DNA of 64,000 nt. Source: Lama guanicoe. Lineage: Eukaryota. This document shows, piece after piece, positions 50,560-63,754 of the stretch. Within the stretch, counting starts at the first letter, position 1, and each line of letters begins with the position of its first letter. Under the pieces are notes generated by a model. That model did not search any database, had not been told where the DNA came from, and was given only the letters and a program-made list of their open reading frames with translations. The position numbers and the translations under genes were made by a program. The DNA lies in the NCBI GenBank assembly GCA_013239625.1, contig MU053520.1:1207103-1271102 (forward strand), written 5' to 3'.

Positions 50560-51593
50560 TCTACAAACAACAATAAAAGTACAACCACACAAAATCTAAG
50601 GGATGCAGCAAAAGCAGTCCTAGGAGGGAAGTTCATAGCAATATAGGCCTTCCTCAAAAAACAGCAACAATCTCAAGTAAACAACCCAATCCATCACCTA
50701 AAAGAACCAGAAAAAGAAAAGCAAACAAAACCAAAAGTCAGCAGAAGGAAGGGGAAAACAAAGATCAGAGAGTAAACAAATAAAGCAGAAATTAAAAAAC
50801 ACAATAGGAAAAATCAATCAAACCAAGAGCTTGTTTTTTGAAAGAGTAAATAAAATTGACAAACTTCTGGCCAGGCTCACCAAGAAGAAAAGAGAGAACA
50901 CAAATAAAATAAGAAAGGAAAATAAAGAAATTACAGTCAGTACTGTAGAAATACAAAATATCATAAGTGAATTCTGTGAGCAACTATATGGAAACAAATT
51001 GGATAACTTAGAAAAAATGGGCAAGTTTCTGGAAACATACAGTCCACCAAGATAGAATCCAATGTGATCATGGTGTAGGATCTTTTTTGTGTTGTTAGAT
51101 TCTGTTTGCTAATATTTTATTGAGGATTTTTGCATCTATGTTCATCAGTGATATTGGCCTGTAACTTTATTTTTGGTGCTGTCTTTGTCTGGTTTTGGTA
51201 TCAGGGTGATGGTGGCTTCATAGAATGAGTTTGGGAGTATTCCCTCCTTTTCAGTATTTTGGAAGAGTTTGAGAAGGACCCGTATGACTTCTTTATATGT
51301 TTGGTAAAATTCCCCAGTGAAGCCATCTGGCCCTGGACTTTTGGTTGCAGGGAGGTTTTTTTTATTGCTAATTCTCTGTCATTTCTAGTGATCCGTCTGT
51401 TCAAGTGGTATATTTCTCCTTGATTCAGTCTTCTGTATAGCACAGGGAACTATGTTCAATATCTTGTAATAACCTTTAATGAAAAAGAATATGAAAATGA
51501 ATATATGTGTGTATATGCATGACTGGGACATGGTGCTGTACATCAGAAATGGACACATTGTAACTGACTGTACTTCAATTTAAAAAAAAAAAA
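50560..51593 (+). mobile_element. Rearranged young LINE-1 (sense 50560-51050, antisense 51051-51434, sense 3' end 51435-51593)
   Basis: ORF 50831..51055 (FFERVNKIDKLLARLTKKKRE..QLYGNKLDNLEKMGKFLETY) is L1 ORF2p; the following segment is antisense ORF2; then 3'UTR and poly(A). Confidence 0.92.
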
Positions 51594-52194
51594 GAGGAAA
51601 GAAATCCAAGTAGATCACTAGAGCAATATGAATTAGGAAATTTGTGATTTAACACCACCTATGATAAAGACCATATGCAGCTGAAGTACAGAATATTTCC
51701 ATCAAACTTTAAGAAAAACATGCATTTCCTGTGATGTGGAAACTACTTCAGGGCACTGAAAGAACTTATCCAATTTATTCAATGAGGAAAGCAAAGCCAA
51801 AGTCCTAAAAAGAGAACATAAGAAACTACAGACCAATATGAGAAACTGCTGTTGTCATGGTTATTCTGCTTTTTGCCCAATAAACTTGTGTGTCATTTTA
51901 TTATATTTTAAAAAATCGATTTTGATTGATGTTTTATTTAAAATGATAGACTGACCTTTGAATAACAAATTCATTTACCTGAAGTACTTGGATGTCAAAA
52001 TAAATTAAACATTGTGACAAAAATATCAAAGCAAGAGGAATTTTTTAAAGTATACATATTTTATTCCAAAAATATGAATTTTTATCTTAATTATTAATGT
52101 GACCACTGAGTCCATTTGCTTCCAACAGGCTTTTATGCAACAGGAAGGATGGAAAGTTGAACACTTAAAAGGGTCACTTTCAACAGCAATCCTG

Positions 52195-53070
52195 TGTCTT
52201 TCTGGGGATGCAGTGGTAGCAGACATCCTCAAAATCTCAGTAGCTTCTTCCAGGGCTGCAGATTTCTGTCTCACTTGTGCTCTTAGTCTACTGTAAATTG
52301 GCTGAGGCTCTGTTCCATGCAATCTTCACTCTGGATCCCAGGTTGATGGAGCATCAAGTTTCAGGACCATGGCTGGTATAGTGGGTTGACTTGTGTTCTT
52401 CCAAAGTTTGTGTTCAGAACCTCAGAATGTGACTAAATTTGAAAATAGGCTCTTTGGGGATGTAACTAATTAAGAATATCGAGATAAAATCCTCCTGGGT
52501 TTAAGCTGGGCCCTAAATTCAATTACTGGTGTCCTTATAAGAAGAGGACACATAGACCCAGAGAAGATGCAATGATTGAGGCAGAGTTCGAAGTAATGCA
52601 TGTACCACCAAAACCCACCAAGGATTTCCAACAACCATGAGGAACTGAGTGATGGGCATGGAATGGTTTCCGTCTGAGCCTCCAGAAGGAAGGAACCTGC
52701 TGATTCCTTGGCTTCGTAATTCTGGCCTCCTAGTCAATGAGGTGATAAATTCCTATTGTTTTAAGCCACCCAGTTTGTAGCTATTTTTTATGGCAGCCCT
52801 AGGAAACATACAGCAGGTGATAAGCCGTGGGACAGAGAACTCTGGAGTGTCTCCCCTTAGGCTTTCAATGCTCACCCTGGAAGCATCACGCCTCCTTCTT
52901 ACTCATAACTCATTAGCCAAAACCACTCACACAGCCTCATGAAAGCAAAGAAAGTCAGGAAGTGTAAGCCTATCAGGTGCTAAAACAAAACAAAACAAAA
53001 CAAATAAACAAACAAACAACTGTCAAAAATGTTTGACAAAGACATTAATGACTCCCTGAGCCCACTGCAC
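52195..53070 (-). mobile_element. Old MaLR LTR (MLT1J/K-like) split by a nested LTR
   Basis: caaaatctcagtagctt..cttcactctggatcccaggttgatggagca || ctcataactcattagccaaaaccactcacacagcc. Confidence 0.65.
52377..52812 (+). mobile_element. MaLR solo LTR (MLT1C/D-like), nested
   Basis: agaacctcagaatgtgac..tttgaaaatagg..gagcctccagaaggaaggaacctgctga..ttttaagccacccagttt..ggcagccctaggaaacataca; TSD gctgg/gcagg. Confidence 0.88.
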
Positions 53071-53693
53071 TATTTTGCTTTCAGAGGCAGATATACAAGG
53101 AAAACAAAACAAAACTAAAACAAAACAAAAGTTTGCAAATGAATGCAGATTAAATAGATGCCACTCAAATCCTCTTCTCTTATGACAAATGGAGAGATAC
53201 TTTGCCCCAAAAATTTCCGAAGTGATGTTCCATATTTTATTTTTGACAATAACATCAAATTTGAATTCTAAAATCCCTCTTAAAATCTGGCAATGACTCA
53301 ACATTAGGAAGAAAAGACTTCCTCATAACCTTCTAAATGGCATTTTCAGGAGCGACATCGGGAAAATATTGCCTGAATTCATCCTGCAGAGATTGGATTT
53401 GGATATTTTCTTTGAAATAGTTTTTAAGAGCTTTGCTTTTAGAAGCTTCATTAAGACAAGAAAATGATGAGGCATTTGAAGAGACAATTTGCTGGATCCT
53501 GATTCTGAAAGTTCAAGATAAATCATAAAGAGAAATAATGCTTGTTTTTCAGATATAATGCGTTCAAAACGTCACTATATCAGAAAACTATACCAAGCTT
53601 TGTTGAAAGTTACACTTGTTTGACAGTTGAGGCATTTAGTCTTCAACTTAGCACTTCCTGGTTTAGAAAAGAAGGGGGAAAATGTGTTTCAAC

Positions 53694-53845
53694 TTTTTTT
53701 TATTTTATTGAAGTATAGTCGATTTACAATGCTGTGTTAATTTCCGGCGTATAGCATAGTGATTCATTTATTTATTTATATATACACATGTATATTTCTT
53801 TTCTTTTTTTTTTTCATTATAGGCCATTGCAAGGTATTGAATTGC
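53694..53845 (-). mobile_element. Young LINE-1 3' tip
   Basis: tttttattgaagtatagtcgatttacaatgctgtgttaatttccggcgtatagcatagtgattca. Confidence 0.88.
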
Positions 53846-55108
53846 AGTCAGGTTGTCTCCTGTTGACAACTGAGGAACCTCAGTACAGGACAAAATAAAT
53901 CATGAGAACATTCAAATCTTCAAAGAGCAAGGCAAATATCTGGTGTGTAGCTAACATTTCTTCATTTCTTTACCAAACTGACTCACTTATAGCATGGTCA
54001 GTGTCCTGTGGGTTACTGGGCTGTTTGGGACGTCAGTGCATAGAGGTGGTGATGAAGGCAGACATTGGCAAGAGGGTGAGAGTCCGTATTTTGTGTGGGA
54101 GACACACCCACCTGGGCCTCTGCTCTGGGGGTGCCCCCCAAGAAAAGCTGTTCCTCCCTCTGGGCCCCAAAGTGAAGTTGATTCTAGACAGGCCTGTCCT
54201 CAGGAGCTGTTGTAATTTTGAGTTTCTCCACTACACAGGCAGAGTCAGTGAAGTTGTGGTTGAAAAGAAATGGAAAATAAGGAACCATGTGATGGATTCC
54301 ATTCCATCCTCCTGCACAGAGGCCTGACTGGCATTTGCAGAAAGGAATTAACAGCTAGAAAAGCTCCTCAGTGGTTTAGAGCAGCTAGAATCTGTAGAAA
54401 TCCTGGGCAGGGAGGGAGATCTGAGTCACTTTAGTGACAAGAAGTGGAGCCGTCAGGTGGGTGGTTATGTGTGCTATGTCTTAGAACCTGAGTTTGTCAT
54501 TCTTCCATAGTTCCCCTTGCAGATCTACTGAGCATTGACTCACCTGCCCTTTACCTCTTTAAATAATGGTAGCCCACTTTTTCCTCTAACTTTGGAAAAT
54601 AAAGGAAAAGGAGAGGAACTAAGTGTCAGAGCACAGCACTGCCCCCATCACCAAAGAGCTGGTGGTTGCCTCAAGGCAGGTGGGCAGGTGAGGGTGGCCC
54701 ATTCAGGTCACTGATCTTCACAGGTGTGAGAGTTGCCTCATTGGCCAGACTTCGCTCCAGCAGCAAAGCCTGCCTGCATGTTAAGCCTGGGCAGGCTAAT
54801 GGATGAAGCCGAGACAGGCTGGGATGCGTGCTCACAGCAACACTTCTCCTGCACGCGTATCTTCAGTCCCACAAAGCCATTTTTTTTTTAATGATGAGTA
54901 ACAAGTGACAAAGTGGCCACGGCATGCACACCCTCTCAGTAACTACCCCATTCTCTTCTGCCCCATTTTCTACACCAGACCTGCTCAGCACCACAGGGAG
55001 CGCTCTACCACTGCACAGGCACACCCCAGCTATCACCAGCTGCAAGTCACTGCCCGTCTTGCTGATTGTCACAAGCAGGACCTTGGGCACTGGCACTGTC
55101 AATGATAG

Positions 55109-55624
55109 TGTTACCAGACCCTTTCCAGATTCTCAGACAGCAGTACCATAGACATTGATTCTACAAGACTCTAAGGTAAACAACACTTTTTATTCGAAGA
55201 GATAGCTTGCGCACAAAAGAAAAGGTGGAAAAAAAGTGACAGCTCCCCAAGCAGAAGGGGCGAGCTGCTTTTATAACAAGAGAGGGTTTATCCCATGATC
55301 ACTGATGATTTCCAGAAATCATCAGTCTTCTTTGATCAGCAGCAGGTGGCTCCATGGTGGCTCTCAGGAATAGGCGGGGCTTCTGTGCAGGGAAAGGAGT
55401 GCATGAGAATTTTCTGGAAGAAAGCACAGGAAGAGATAAGGTTAAAATTTACAGTTGAGTTTCTTGTCTTGAGGCAACCAGGTGCAACTTAGCGTAACAG
55501 AGATAAAGTCAATTTTTTTGTTCCTGCAAGCCTGGTTTTTGTCTCTGGGACTCTGGCCCCCAGGGCCTTTGTCCTTTAGCTTGGTGCTTTTCCAAAATGG
55601 CTGTGCTCTTGTCTTCCTGTTTCA
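55109..55624 (-). mobile_element. ERV1-type solo LTR (516 bp) with perfect TSD
   Basis: TG..CA termini; TSD atag at 55105-55108 and 55625-55628; minus-strand TATAAAA (55269-55275) and AATAAA (55189-55194). Confidence 0.9.
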
Positions 55625-55844
55625 ATAGCAACTAATTCCCTGGTAAGAGGAGAGAACTCCCCTCCACGATTGCTTGGCCCTGTGCAAATGGCACTTCAAA
55701 GGTGTCCCCATGCAGTTGGAGTTTCCAGTGGCACATGCAAAGGTGCTTAAACGTTTCAGGACTGGTTTCTCTGTTCATTTCCAATTCTGATGCCTTGGAG
55801 CAGGAACCCACACTGATGCCCACAAGCAACTGATGCTGGCAGCA

Positions 55845-57375
55845 GTTTCTCTGAATTTTCTTTTATCTGAGACTGAGGTTACTTCATTTGCACTCATGAA
55901 GATTGTTTCACTGAACATAGACTTCTGAGCTAATGATTTTTTTTTTCTCCCAGCATTTTAAATATGTGTGGAACTTCCTTCTTGCCTCCATGGCTTCTGA
56001 TGTGGAAACTGAAGTCATTCCCAATCATGGTTTATAAGTAATATCATTGTTTTCCAGATTTTATTCATTTTTTTGTTTGTTGGTTGGTTCCTTTGTTTAT
56101 TAGCAGTTTGATTGCCTGAGCATGAATTTATTGATTGGGTTTCACTAAGCTTCTCAAATTTATAGATCTTTTGCCAAATTTGGGAAATTTTCAGCCATAT
56201 TTCTCAAATTATTTTTCAGCACCCCACTCTTTTTCCACTTCTTCTGAAACTCCAATGACCCAAATCTTGTAATTTTTTTTTATATTGCCTCACAAGTTTC
56301 TGAGGATCTGTCCATATTTTTTAATTATTTCTTTCTCTACTATTCACATAGGACAATTTCTGTTGATCTAGCTTCAAGTCCAGTGACTCTATCTTCTCTC
56401 ATCACCATTCTGCTCTACAGTATATCCAGTGAACATCTTTTTTGGAGGGAAATTACTTTTTTCATTTCTGAAATTTCCTACTGGTTCTTTATTTTTTCTG
56501 CTTCTTTACTGAAACTTCTTTCTCATTCTTTTGAAGAGTTTTTGGCCTTACTTGTCGAAGCATTGCTGTAACAGTTGTCTAAAGTTTTGTCAAATAATTC
56601 TAACACCTTTAACATCTTGGCTTTGGGTGTCTATTAATTGATTGCCTTTTCTCATGCAAGTTGAGATTTTTTGTGGTTCTTCATATGTCAAGATATTTCT
56701 GGTCTTATCCCAGACATTTTGATTATGTTATGAGATTCTGGGTCTTGTATGAATCTTATGGAAAAATTCACATTTTTGTTTTAGCAAGCAACTCTTGTGG
56801 TGAATTTGAGCTCAGGTTGCAAATTCTGACCTGCCTCCTGCTATGGTTCTATTATCAGTTCAGTTTTCAAACCTTTCAAGTCTTTGTCCTGCTATTTGGA
56901 TTTGTCCCATGAGTGTCACCCAGTGGTTCCGTCTGGGACACTGAAAGTGCTCTATCTATTATTTAAGTCTCAATGTCTTTGGTAGGACTAGTAGAATTAG
57001 ACTTGGGCATGACAGCTTCAGAACAGCCCAAGAGTTCATGAACAATTTTATGGAATGACGTTCCCAGGTGTCTGCCTCTCTGTGATCTCCCAATACTTGC
57101 CACTTACCTGGGGAATCCTTTTCAGTCCTCCAGCCAATGTTAACCCTAATCTGCTACACACACCTACAACTGTAACTGTGCCCTGAAAAAGAAGCAGGAA
57201 ACCTGAAGAAAAGGTGTTAAATTCACCTCTGGTTTGGTAGTTCTTTGAGTTCTGGTATTCCCCAATCCATCTGCTACAGTTTACTTTTCAAAGTCATCAA
57301 TACCTTTTGCTCTGGTTTTGTATCTGTATTCACAGGTACAGAATGGACTGTGCTTACTCCATCTTACTTAGAGTC
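55845..57375 (-). mobile_element. Old LINE-1/HAL1-like ORF1 + 5' region
   Basis: aaatttgggaaattttcagccatatttctcaaattatttttcagcacc..cttctgaaactccaatgac is antisense to L1 ORF1 motifs. Confidence 0.75.
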
Positions 57376-59676
57376 AACACTGGAACTTGATTTTTAAATT
57401 AAAAATAAAAGGTACAGTTTCAGGAGGAATGTATTTATACATGCAAGATATGCAATAGAAATGACAGCATAAATTATACTGAGCACATCAGAAAGCAGTT
57501 CAGGTAACTAACATGTGTCTTACACTGCTCACTCTGAAGTCTTTCTTACTATATCTTCTAAGTGTGCCTACCAGCTATGATTACTCAGAGAGAGATTTGC
57601 TCTTTGTAATTTGCATTATAAAAGCACGAGATTTCTTTTTCATTTTTCAAATATAAAATTATGTTTCAATGTTGAATATTCTCTTTCAAACCACACGTGC
57701 CCCTTATTCTTAATGTTCTGCTGTGCCCTTTTGACTTCACCTCCCAGTTCAGAATTGCTGCCCTAGCATATGTTGACTGTGTGAAGGTTGCAGATGGCCT
57801 CAGAGTATTTGTTGGTTGACTATTTGGCATTTGCGGACCAGGTACTGAACAAGTAAAGGCAACTTGAAAATTCACATGCACTTCACAGAACTCACTTCGT
57901 GGGTATTCTGCCTAATACTTGAGAATCTTCTGTAAACAAAATTTCAACTCATCTTGAAGTTCTTGGGTATGCAAAGTTGTCTTTATAAAGGAAAAAGTTA
58001 TTCCAAATTGTGACTCTTTCACATCTCTCATGGTAGCATATGGTGACACCTACTAAATTACTGGTGGAATGGAAAACAAGGCTGTTCATAAGAGTTTAAT
58101 CTGTTCTAAGAACCCATTCTCCTACTCCTATTTCTGCCTGGTAAAATACTTGCCATCCTTGAAATTCGAATGTTATTCTCACATTAAAACCTTCATTAAT
58201 ACCCCCAGTCAAAGTCACTTGTTCTCTCTTCTGTGTTCTTATAACACTCTGTTCATGCTCCTCACATTGCCATGCTGCCTGAGAGCTTATTTGATATAGT
58301 TTTGCCTTTTAGGCAAGTGCTCTCTTCTTGATGGCACTGACTTAGGACTGTTTCACTTTTTCATCCTCATCCTCAGTGGCTGGTAAGATCAAGGTACGTC
58401 TCTTTTTAGATAAAGCTCCAAAGGTGATTCTGAAGCACAGCCATTTCAGAGCTTATGAGATAAAGAATTTCTACAATAAAAACTATCTTCTTCTGAAAAT
58501 TGAAAATGTTTAACGAATAAACCAGATGTAGGTTCAGCAGAAGAGATCATGCAAGATGTGAGTCATCATTCATTCTCACCCTTTTTTTTCCCAACATCTT
58601 TTTGTCATTTGTTCTTTACCAAATAGATATTACCACAGCCAAGATACCTCACTCAGTAGTTACAGCCACCCTGGGCTCTCTGGGTAACATTAAAAAAAAA
58701 GCCAAGGTCAATCAGATTGACACAAATGTAAAGGGGATTCACTAGCTTCACGAAGCCTACCAGCTTCATAGGAGCCATCTATGTAGTAGCTCAAAACAGC
58801 AAGAAAAGCATAGTTTTAGTCATTCATATGTTTTTTTTAAAAAAAAATAAGCCTCTTTCCCATTATCCAATTGTATTCAGTCCTCTCTCAGTCCAGCTAG
58901 CTCTCATCTTCATAGCAAGTGTTCCATGCCAGAGAGAAGGAGCACTTTCTAGAGGAATAGGATGAGTATTTCAAACAAACAACACCTCCAAATAGAGTTA
59001 TTTCTGATCTGAAGTGATCAAGGTAAGAAGTCTGAAATGTACTCACTGGATAGTATGAAGTGATTTTTTTTGGAAATAGAGAACCATTAATGATTTCTGA
59101 GTAGAAAGGAAGGAAATTAACATTTATTATCTTCCATTGCCAGTCAGTGTGCTGTCTGAACTGACATCTTTTGTTACGCTTTCATAACCAACTCTACACT
59201 TTTCTCCTTAAAGTCTTTCAGGGCATCCCCTCATGGCGTTAGGGCATCTGAAGTTTCAGAGGCACCAAAGCCCCACAGTTTTATTTTTTTCTGTGGCTGC
59301 ACCTTGTACTGCCCTAGTGAGAATCAATTATTTTGTATTCAGACCTCCCTAACTAATCAGAGGCTCTTAAATCAAACAGGTTGAGACGGGACGTGTCAAA
59401 GTGTGACTTCAGACCACTGCCATCCCGACTACTAGAAGTGGGTGTCTGAGAGAAAGATTTTTAAGTGTCACTCCATCAACACTAATGCACAATCTCTGAA
59501 AACCAAGGAGCTATATTTTAACAAACACTTTGTTAATTCTTGAGTACTCTTAAGTGGAGGGTAAATTATTTGGAGGTACATACAAGCACAATTCATTAAG
59601 AACAAGATTCAGTGAGGTGTCCCTTACTGAACATGGCCTGAATAGTGGGATGTTTAGATCCACGACCAACACTCAA

Positions 59677-59765
59677 ATATATGTATGTATACATATATAT
59701 ATATAAACCCAAGTATGTGTATATATATGTATATATACACATATATATATGCATATGTATATATG
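59677..59765. repeat. (AT)/(ATGT)-rich compound microsatellite
   Basis: atatatgtatgtatacatatatatatat..gtatatatatgtatatatacacatatatatatgcatatgtatatatg. Confidence 0.9.
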
Positions 59766-60349
59766 CCTAAGTATTCTGTTCCTTGCACATAACCAATTAA
59801 TAACTGTCTAATTTTTATTCAGCAGTGATTGGTTCAACTCACATCAAAACAAATAATGGCCATTTATAACTACAAAGGGCAGACCTGAACTCTAATACTT
59901 ACATCACTTGTTTGATTTATTGGATCAACAAACCTCTAGGTTTCTTACCACATTCATTTACACCTACCACACAGCTTTCAATAATTTCAGGAAATTCAAT
60001 ATATATTCACATATTTGTGACTTGTGTAGAGAACAAACTCATAATGTCGTCTCAAGCTACAAGGTCTGCTTGTAAAGAACACTGGCAATTTCACCTTCTG
60101 GTATCACCTTTGACAGGCTGTTCTGTGAAAACCAGTGACAGACACCCATTTCCCAAGACCTACAGAGCACCAGAGCCCAGGACGGGGCCTGGGAGCAGTA
60201 TCGTAGTGGGTGGACCAAATGCTTTCCCAGTATAAACAACAAGGCAGAGATAGGAAGAAATAACCAAAGAGGGAATTCAAGAAATGTGATACTTCATTCC
60301 TTGGGAGAAGGAAGAAGCCCAGAGCTCTGGCCTCTGAGTCTCCTGAGGC

Positions 60350-62515
60350 CTTTTTCTGTTTACTATTTGAATAGATTATCTCTTTCCATCCTTACATTTT
60401 TGATCTTTTGTGTCTTTGGATCCATAGCAAGACTCCTGTTGGATTTTTTTTAATTCATTTTTACTAATCTTGGCCTTTAATTGGTAAACTTAATCCCTTC
60501 ACATCTAAATTGGTTATCAATAATGAAAGACATACTTTCATCTCCAGTACTGCCTTCTTTTATGTTTGATTTTTTTTCCCCTAGTGTACTATTTTTTGAT
60601 TTCCTCTTCATTTCCTTATCTGTATATTTTTAAATTATTTTCTCAATGCTTACCATGGAGATGACATTTAAAATCATAAAATTTATGACAATGTAGTTTG
60701 AATTGATTACAACTTAGCTTCACAAGCATGCAATTAATCCTGCATCTAACTCCATTCCCTTTTATGCTATTACTGTCACAAATTATATCTTTATACATTG
60801 TGTACCCATTAACAAAGATTTATAATTATTGTTTTATGCATTTGTCCTTTAAATCGTATAGGAAACAAAAGAGGAGTTCCATACTAAAAGGCAGTACTAT
60901 GAGGCTTTATGTTTACGCATGTAGTTATCTTTGCCGCTGATCCTTATTCCTTTTATATATATGCTGAAGGACTCCTTTTGGCATTTCCTTTTTCTCTTTT
61001 CCTTCAGCATCTCTTATAGGACACGTCCTCAAGCAATGAGCTTCTTTAGTTTTTGTGATTGTGGTTATTGACGACAAGAGGTTGGCTGTTAGCCTTTCTT
61101 GGGATCCCTTGTCTGTAACAAGTCACTTTGCTCTTGCTGCTTGCAAACTTCTCTCTTTGGCTTTCGCTTTTTACACTTGGATTAGGACATGTCTTAGTAC
61201 AGATCTCTTTCCAAGTTTACCCTGCTTGGAGTTTTGCTGGTATTTGTGAATGTGTAGATGTAATTCATCAAATCTGAGAAGTTTTTAGCCATCATTTCTT
61301 CAAATATTCTTTCTGCTCCTCCCAATCTCTGTTCTCTTTCTGGAACTCCAATAACACATGTGCTGGTCGGCTTGACAGTGTCCCACAGGTCTTTTAGGTT
61401 ATGCTTCCTTTTCATCATTTTGTTTTCTTTCTGCTCCTCACACTGGAGAATTTCCAGTGCCCTACTTTTAACTTTGCTGATTCTTTCTCATGACAGTTTT
61501 GATTCTTCTGTTATACCTCCTAGTGAATTTTTACTTCAGCTATTGTACCTTTCAGCTCCAGAATTTCTATTTGATTTCAGTCTCTTTATTGATATTTCCT
61601 ATTATTCATACGCCATTCTCCTGATTTCCTTTAGTTCTTAAGCCATGTTTTTTTTTTCAATTCTTTGAGCATATTTCAGACAGCTAATTAAAGTCTTTTG
61701 AAGTCTATTAAATCCAGTATCAAGGCCTCTTCAATGATGTTTTTTGTCAATTTCTTCTTTTATTTTTTTTTCCTGTGAATGGGCCATATTTTCCTGTTTC
61801 TTTGGGTACTTTGTATTTTTTTGTGGACAACTGGACATTTTAAATGTTATAATGTGGTAAATCTGGAAACTAAATTCTTCTCCCTCTCCAGCAGTTGTTT
61901 TCATTGCTTAATGAAGACCTCAGTCATCCATGTGTTTACTGATTTTTTTCCAAACTATTTTTACAAAGACCATATTCCTTGCCGTGTGTGGCCCACTGAA
62001 GTCTCTGTTTTATTATTTACACAGTCAGCCAATGACTTGACAGAAATTCTCTTAAATGCCAATAAGAATATAGGAAGGAAAAAAAAAAAAGATGTTCTAT
62101 CTCTAAATCCCCTGAACTGACAGTGCAGGGAAGCTGGTTTTGTCTGTGAGAATTCAAACAATAGTCAGGCCCTGTGCCAGCCCCTTAGCAATCCGCCAGG
62201 CTGATCAAAACCTTAGTTTTTGGAGAACAAAGTCATTATCATCCACCCTGGCACCAGCAAGGAACACCAAAAATACATACCTGATCCTCACAGCTACCTG
62301 CTACAGTCACAACCTGTTATCATCACTCTGTAAAATATCAAAATTCACCCAAATTTACCAGCTTCTTTCTTCATCAAGCACTACCTTCACTGTTGCAAGT
62401 ATTTGACTAGACTCCAGAGTTCTGAAATACTTTTTGCCAGCTCAATAGTTGTTTTAGTGGGGAGACCAGTTCCTGGAGCTTTCCACGCCACCGTCTTTCG
62501 TGACAGCACCGTGTC
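60350..62515 (-). mobile_element. Old LINE-1 (L1M-type) 5'UTR, ORF1 and inter-ORF region
   Basis: ORF 61194..61418 (NLKDLWDTVKPTSTCVIGVPEREQRLGGAERIFEEMMAKNFSDLM) is the L1 ORF1p conserved motif; 5' end near ccaccgtcttt (62488-62498). Confidence 0.88.
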
Positions 62516-63680
62516 TTGAGTTTTTGAGCATTAAATGCTTTATCTAATAAAAATGTAGAAGAAAGAAGGGCAGGAAGGAAAGAAGGAAGAAAGGAAACAT
62601 AAGGAAGGGAGATGAAAAGGAAGAGAAGGAGTTTTCATTGTTCACCATTGCTTTCAATGTAAGTGCCTTAGTGTAACTAAACCAACTGCTTATTTCTGCC
62701 TCCCAGTCATTACAGGGTAAGCACGGAATACTCAGAATCCAATCTCACGAGAATGAGAAGACGCTGACGCCTGAGCTACAGAACAAAAGACAACTGACCT
62801 GGGTTCTTGGATTACTTTGTTGGAATTTCTGCCACATGAACATTTGTTTTGGTGTGTCAGCATCCTGTTGAAAAAGATCATGTGATTGCAGGAACAGCTG
62901 CATTGTTAAGATTGTACATTTGTTTGTGTTTTTCTGGAATTACTTTGCTCTCTCACTGTAACTGGTCACCATATCATTTGCAGCACTGACTTTCTGTCAT
63001 GACGTATTCTGGTCCTTTTGCTTTCCTGACATTTTTCTTTGGCCGTGTGACCATATAGATCTAATGGACCGATGTTTGTGAGAGGCTTTGCAATTGCACC
63101 CCCTTTTCATATCCTCTGCCTTTATGGTTGACTTTTTAAAGTCAAAAGGAAAAAATATGAAACTCCTCAAGTGCCAAATGATTGATACAGTGATCTAATT
63201 ACCTGATATCTTAAAATATATATATATATGTATTGTATTTGTGGTGGGAGGAGGGGAAAAAAACCATCAAAGCAGTTCTAAGGACAACTCCAAATTCTGT
63301 TTATTAAGCAATATGCTAAGTCTCAGCAGGAAATTTTCTCCTACAGAGCGGCAGACACATGTGAGGGAGATGGTGAGGCACGCTGTGGAAGGCACCAATC
63401 TTCAAAGGAAGCTCTGACCTACTTTGTTTCTGCCTCGTCTCATACTGGTTCTTGCTGTGCTGGTATTCTGAGTCAGGTGGAATCAATTATTGCAGAATTT
63501 TTGGAGGCCAGTCAGCCCACACACAAGAAATGAGACAGATTTTATAATACAGAAGCTTCTTATCTCCTGCCAATAATGAGGAGCATTACTACAAACATTT
63601 CATTGGAAGTTGGAGTTTTCTCCTTTCATTATTTCAGTGTTTGCTTCCACTTTGTCTAATTTAAGAATGGGGAGCAACAT

Positions 63681-63754
63681 TATGCTGTATGCCAGAAATT
63701 GACGCAACATTGTAAACTGACTACACTTCAATAAAAAGAATGGGAATTGAAAAA
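63681..63754 (+). mobile_element. Ultra-short LINE-1 3' tip with degenerate 17-bp TSD
   Basis: tatgctgtatgccagaaattgacgcaacattgtaaactgactacacttcaataaaaa; TSD agaatggggagcaacat (63664-63680) / aaaatagggagcaatgt (63755-63771). Confidence 0.85.

Noticed and set aside
53902..54327. Longest ORF (141 aa)
   Set aside because: No recognisable domain or coding-like composition; this length is expected by chance in 64 kb across six frames
61194..61418. ORF1p-like ORF as a domesticated L1TD1-type gene
   Set aside because: Short and embedded in a decayed L1 with frameshifts and stops on both sides
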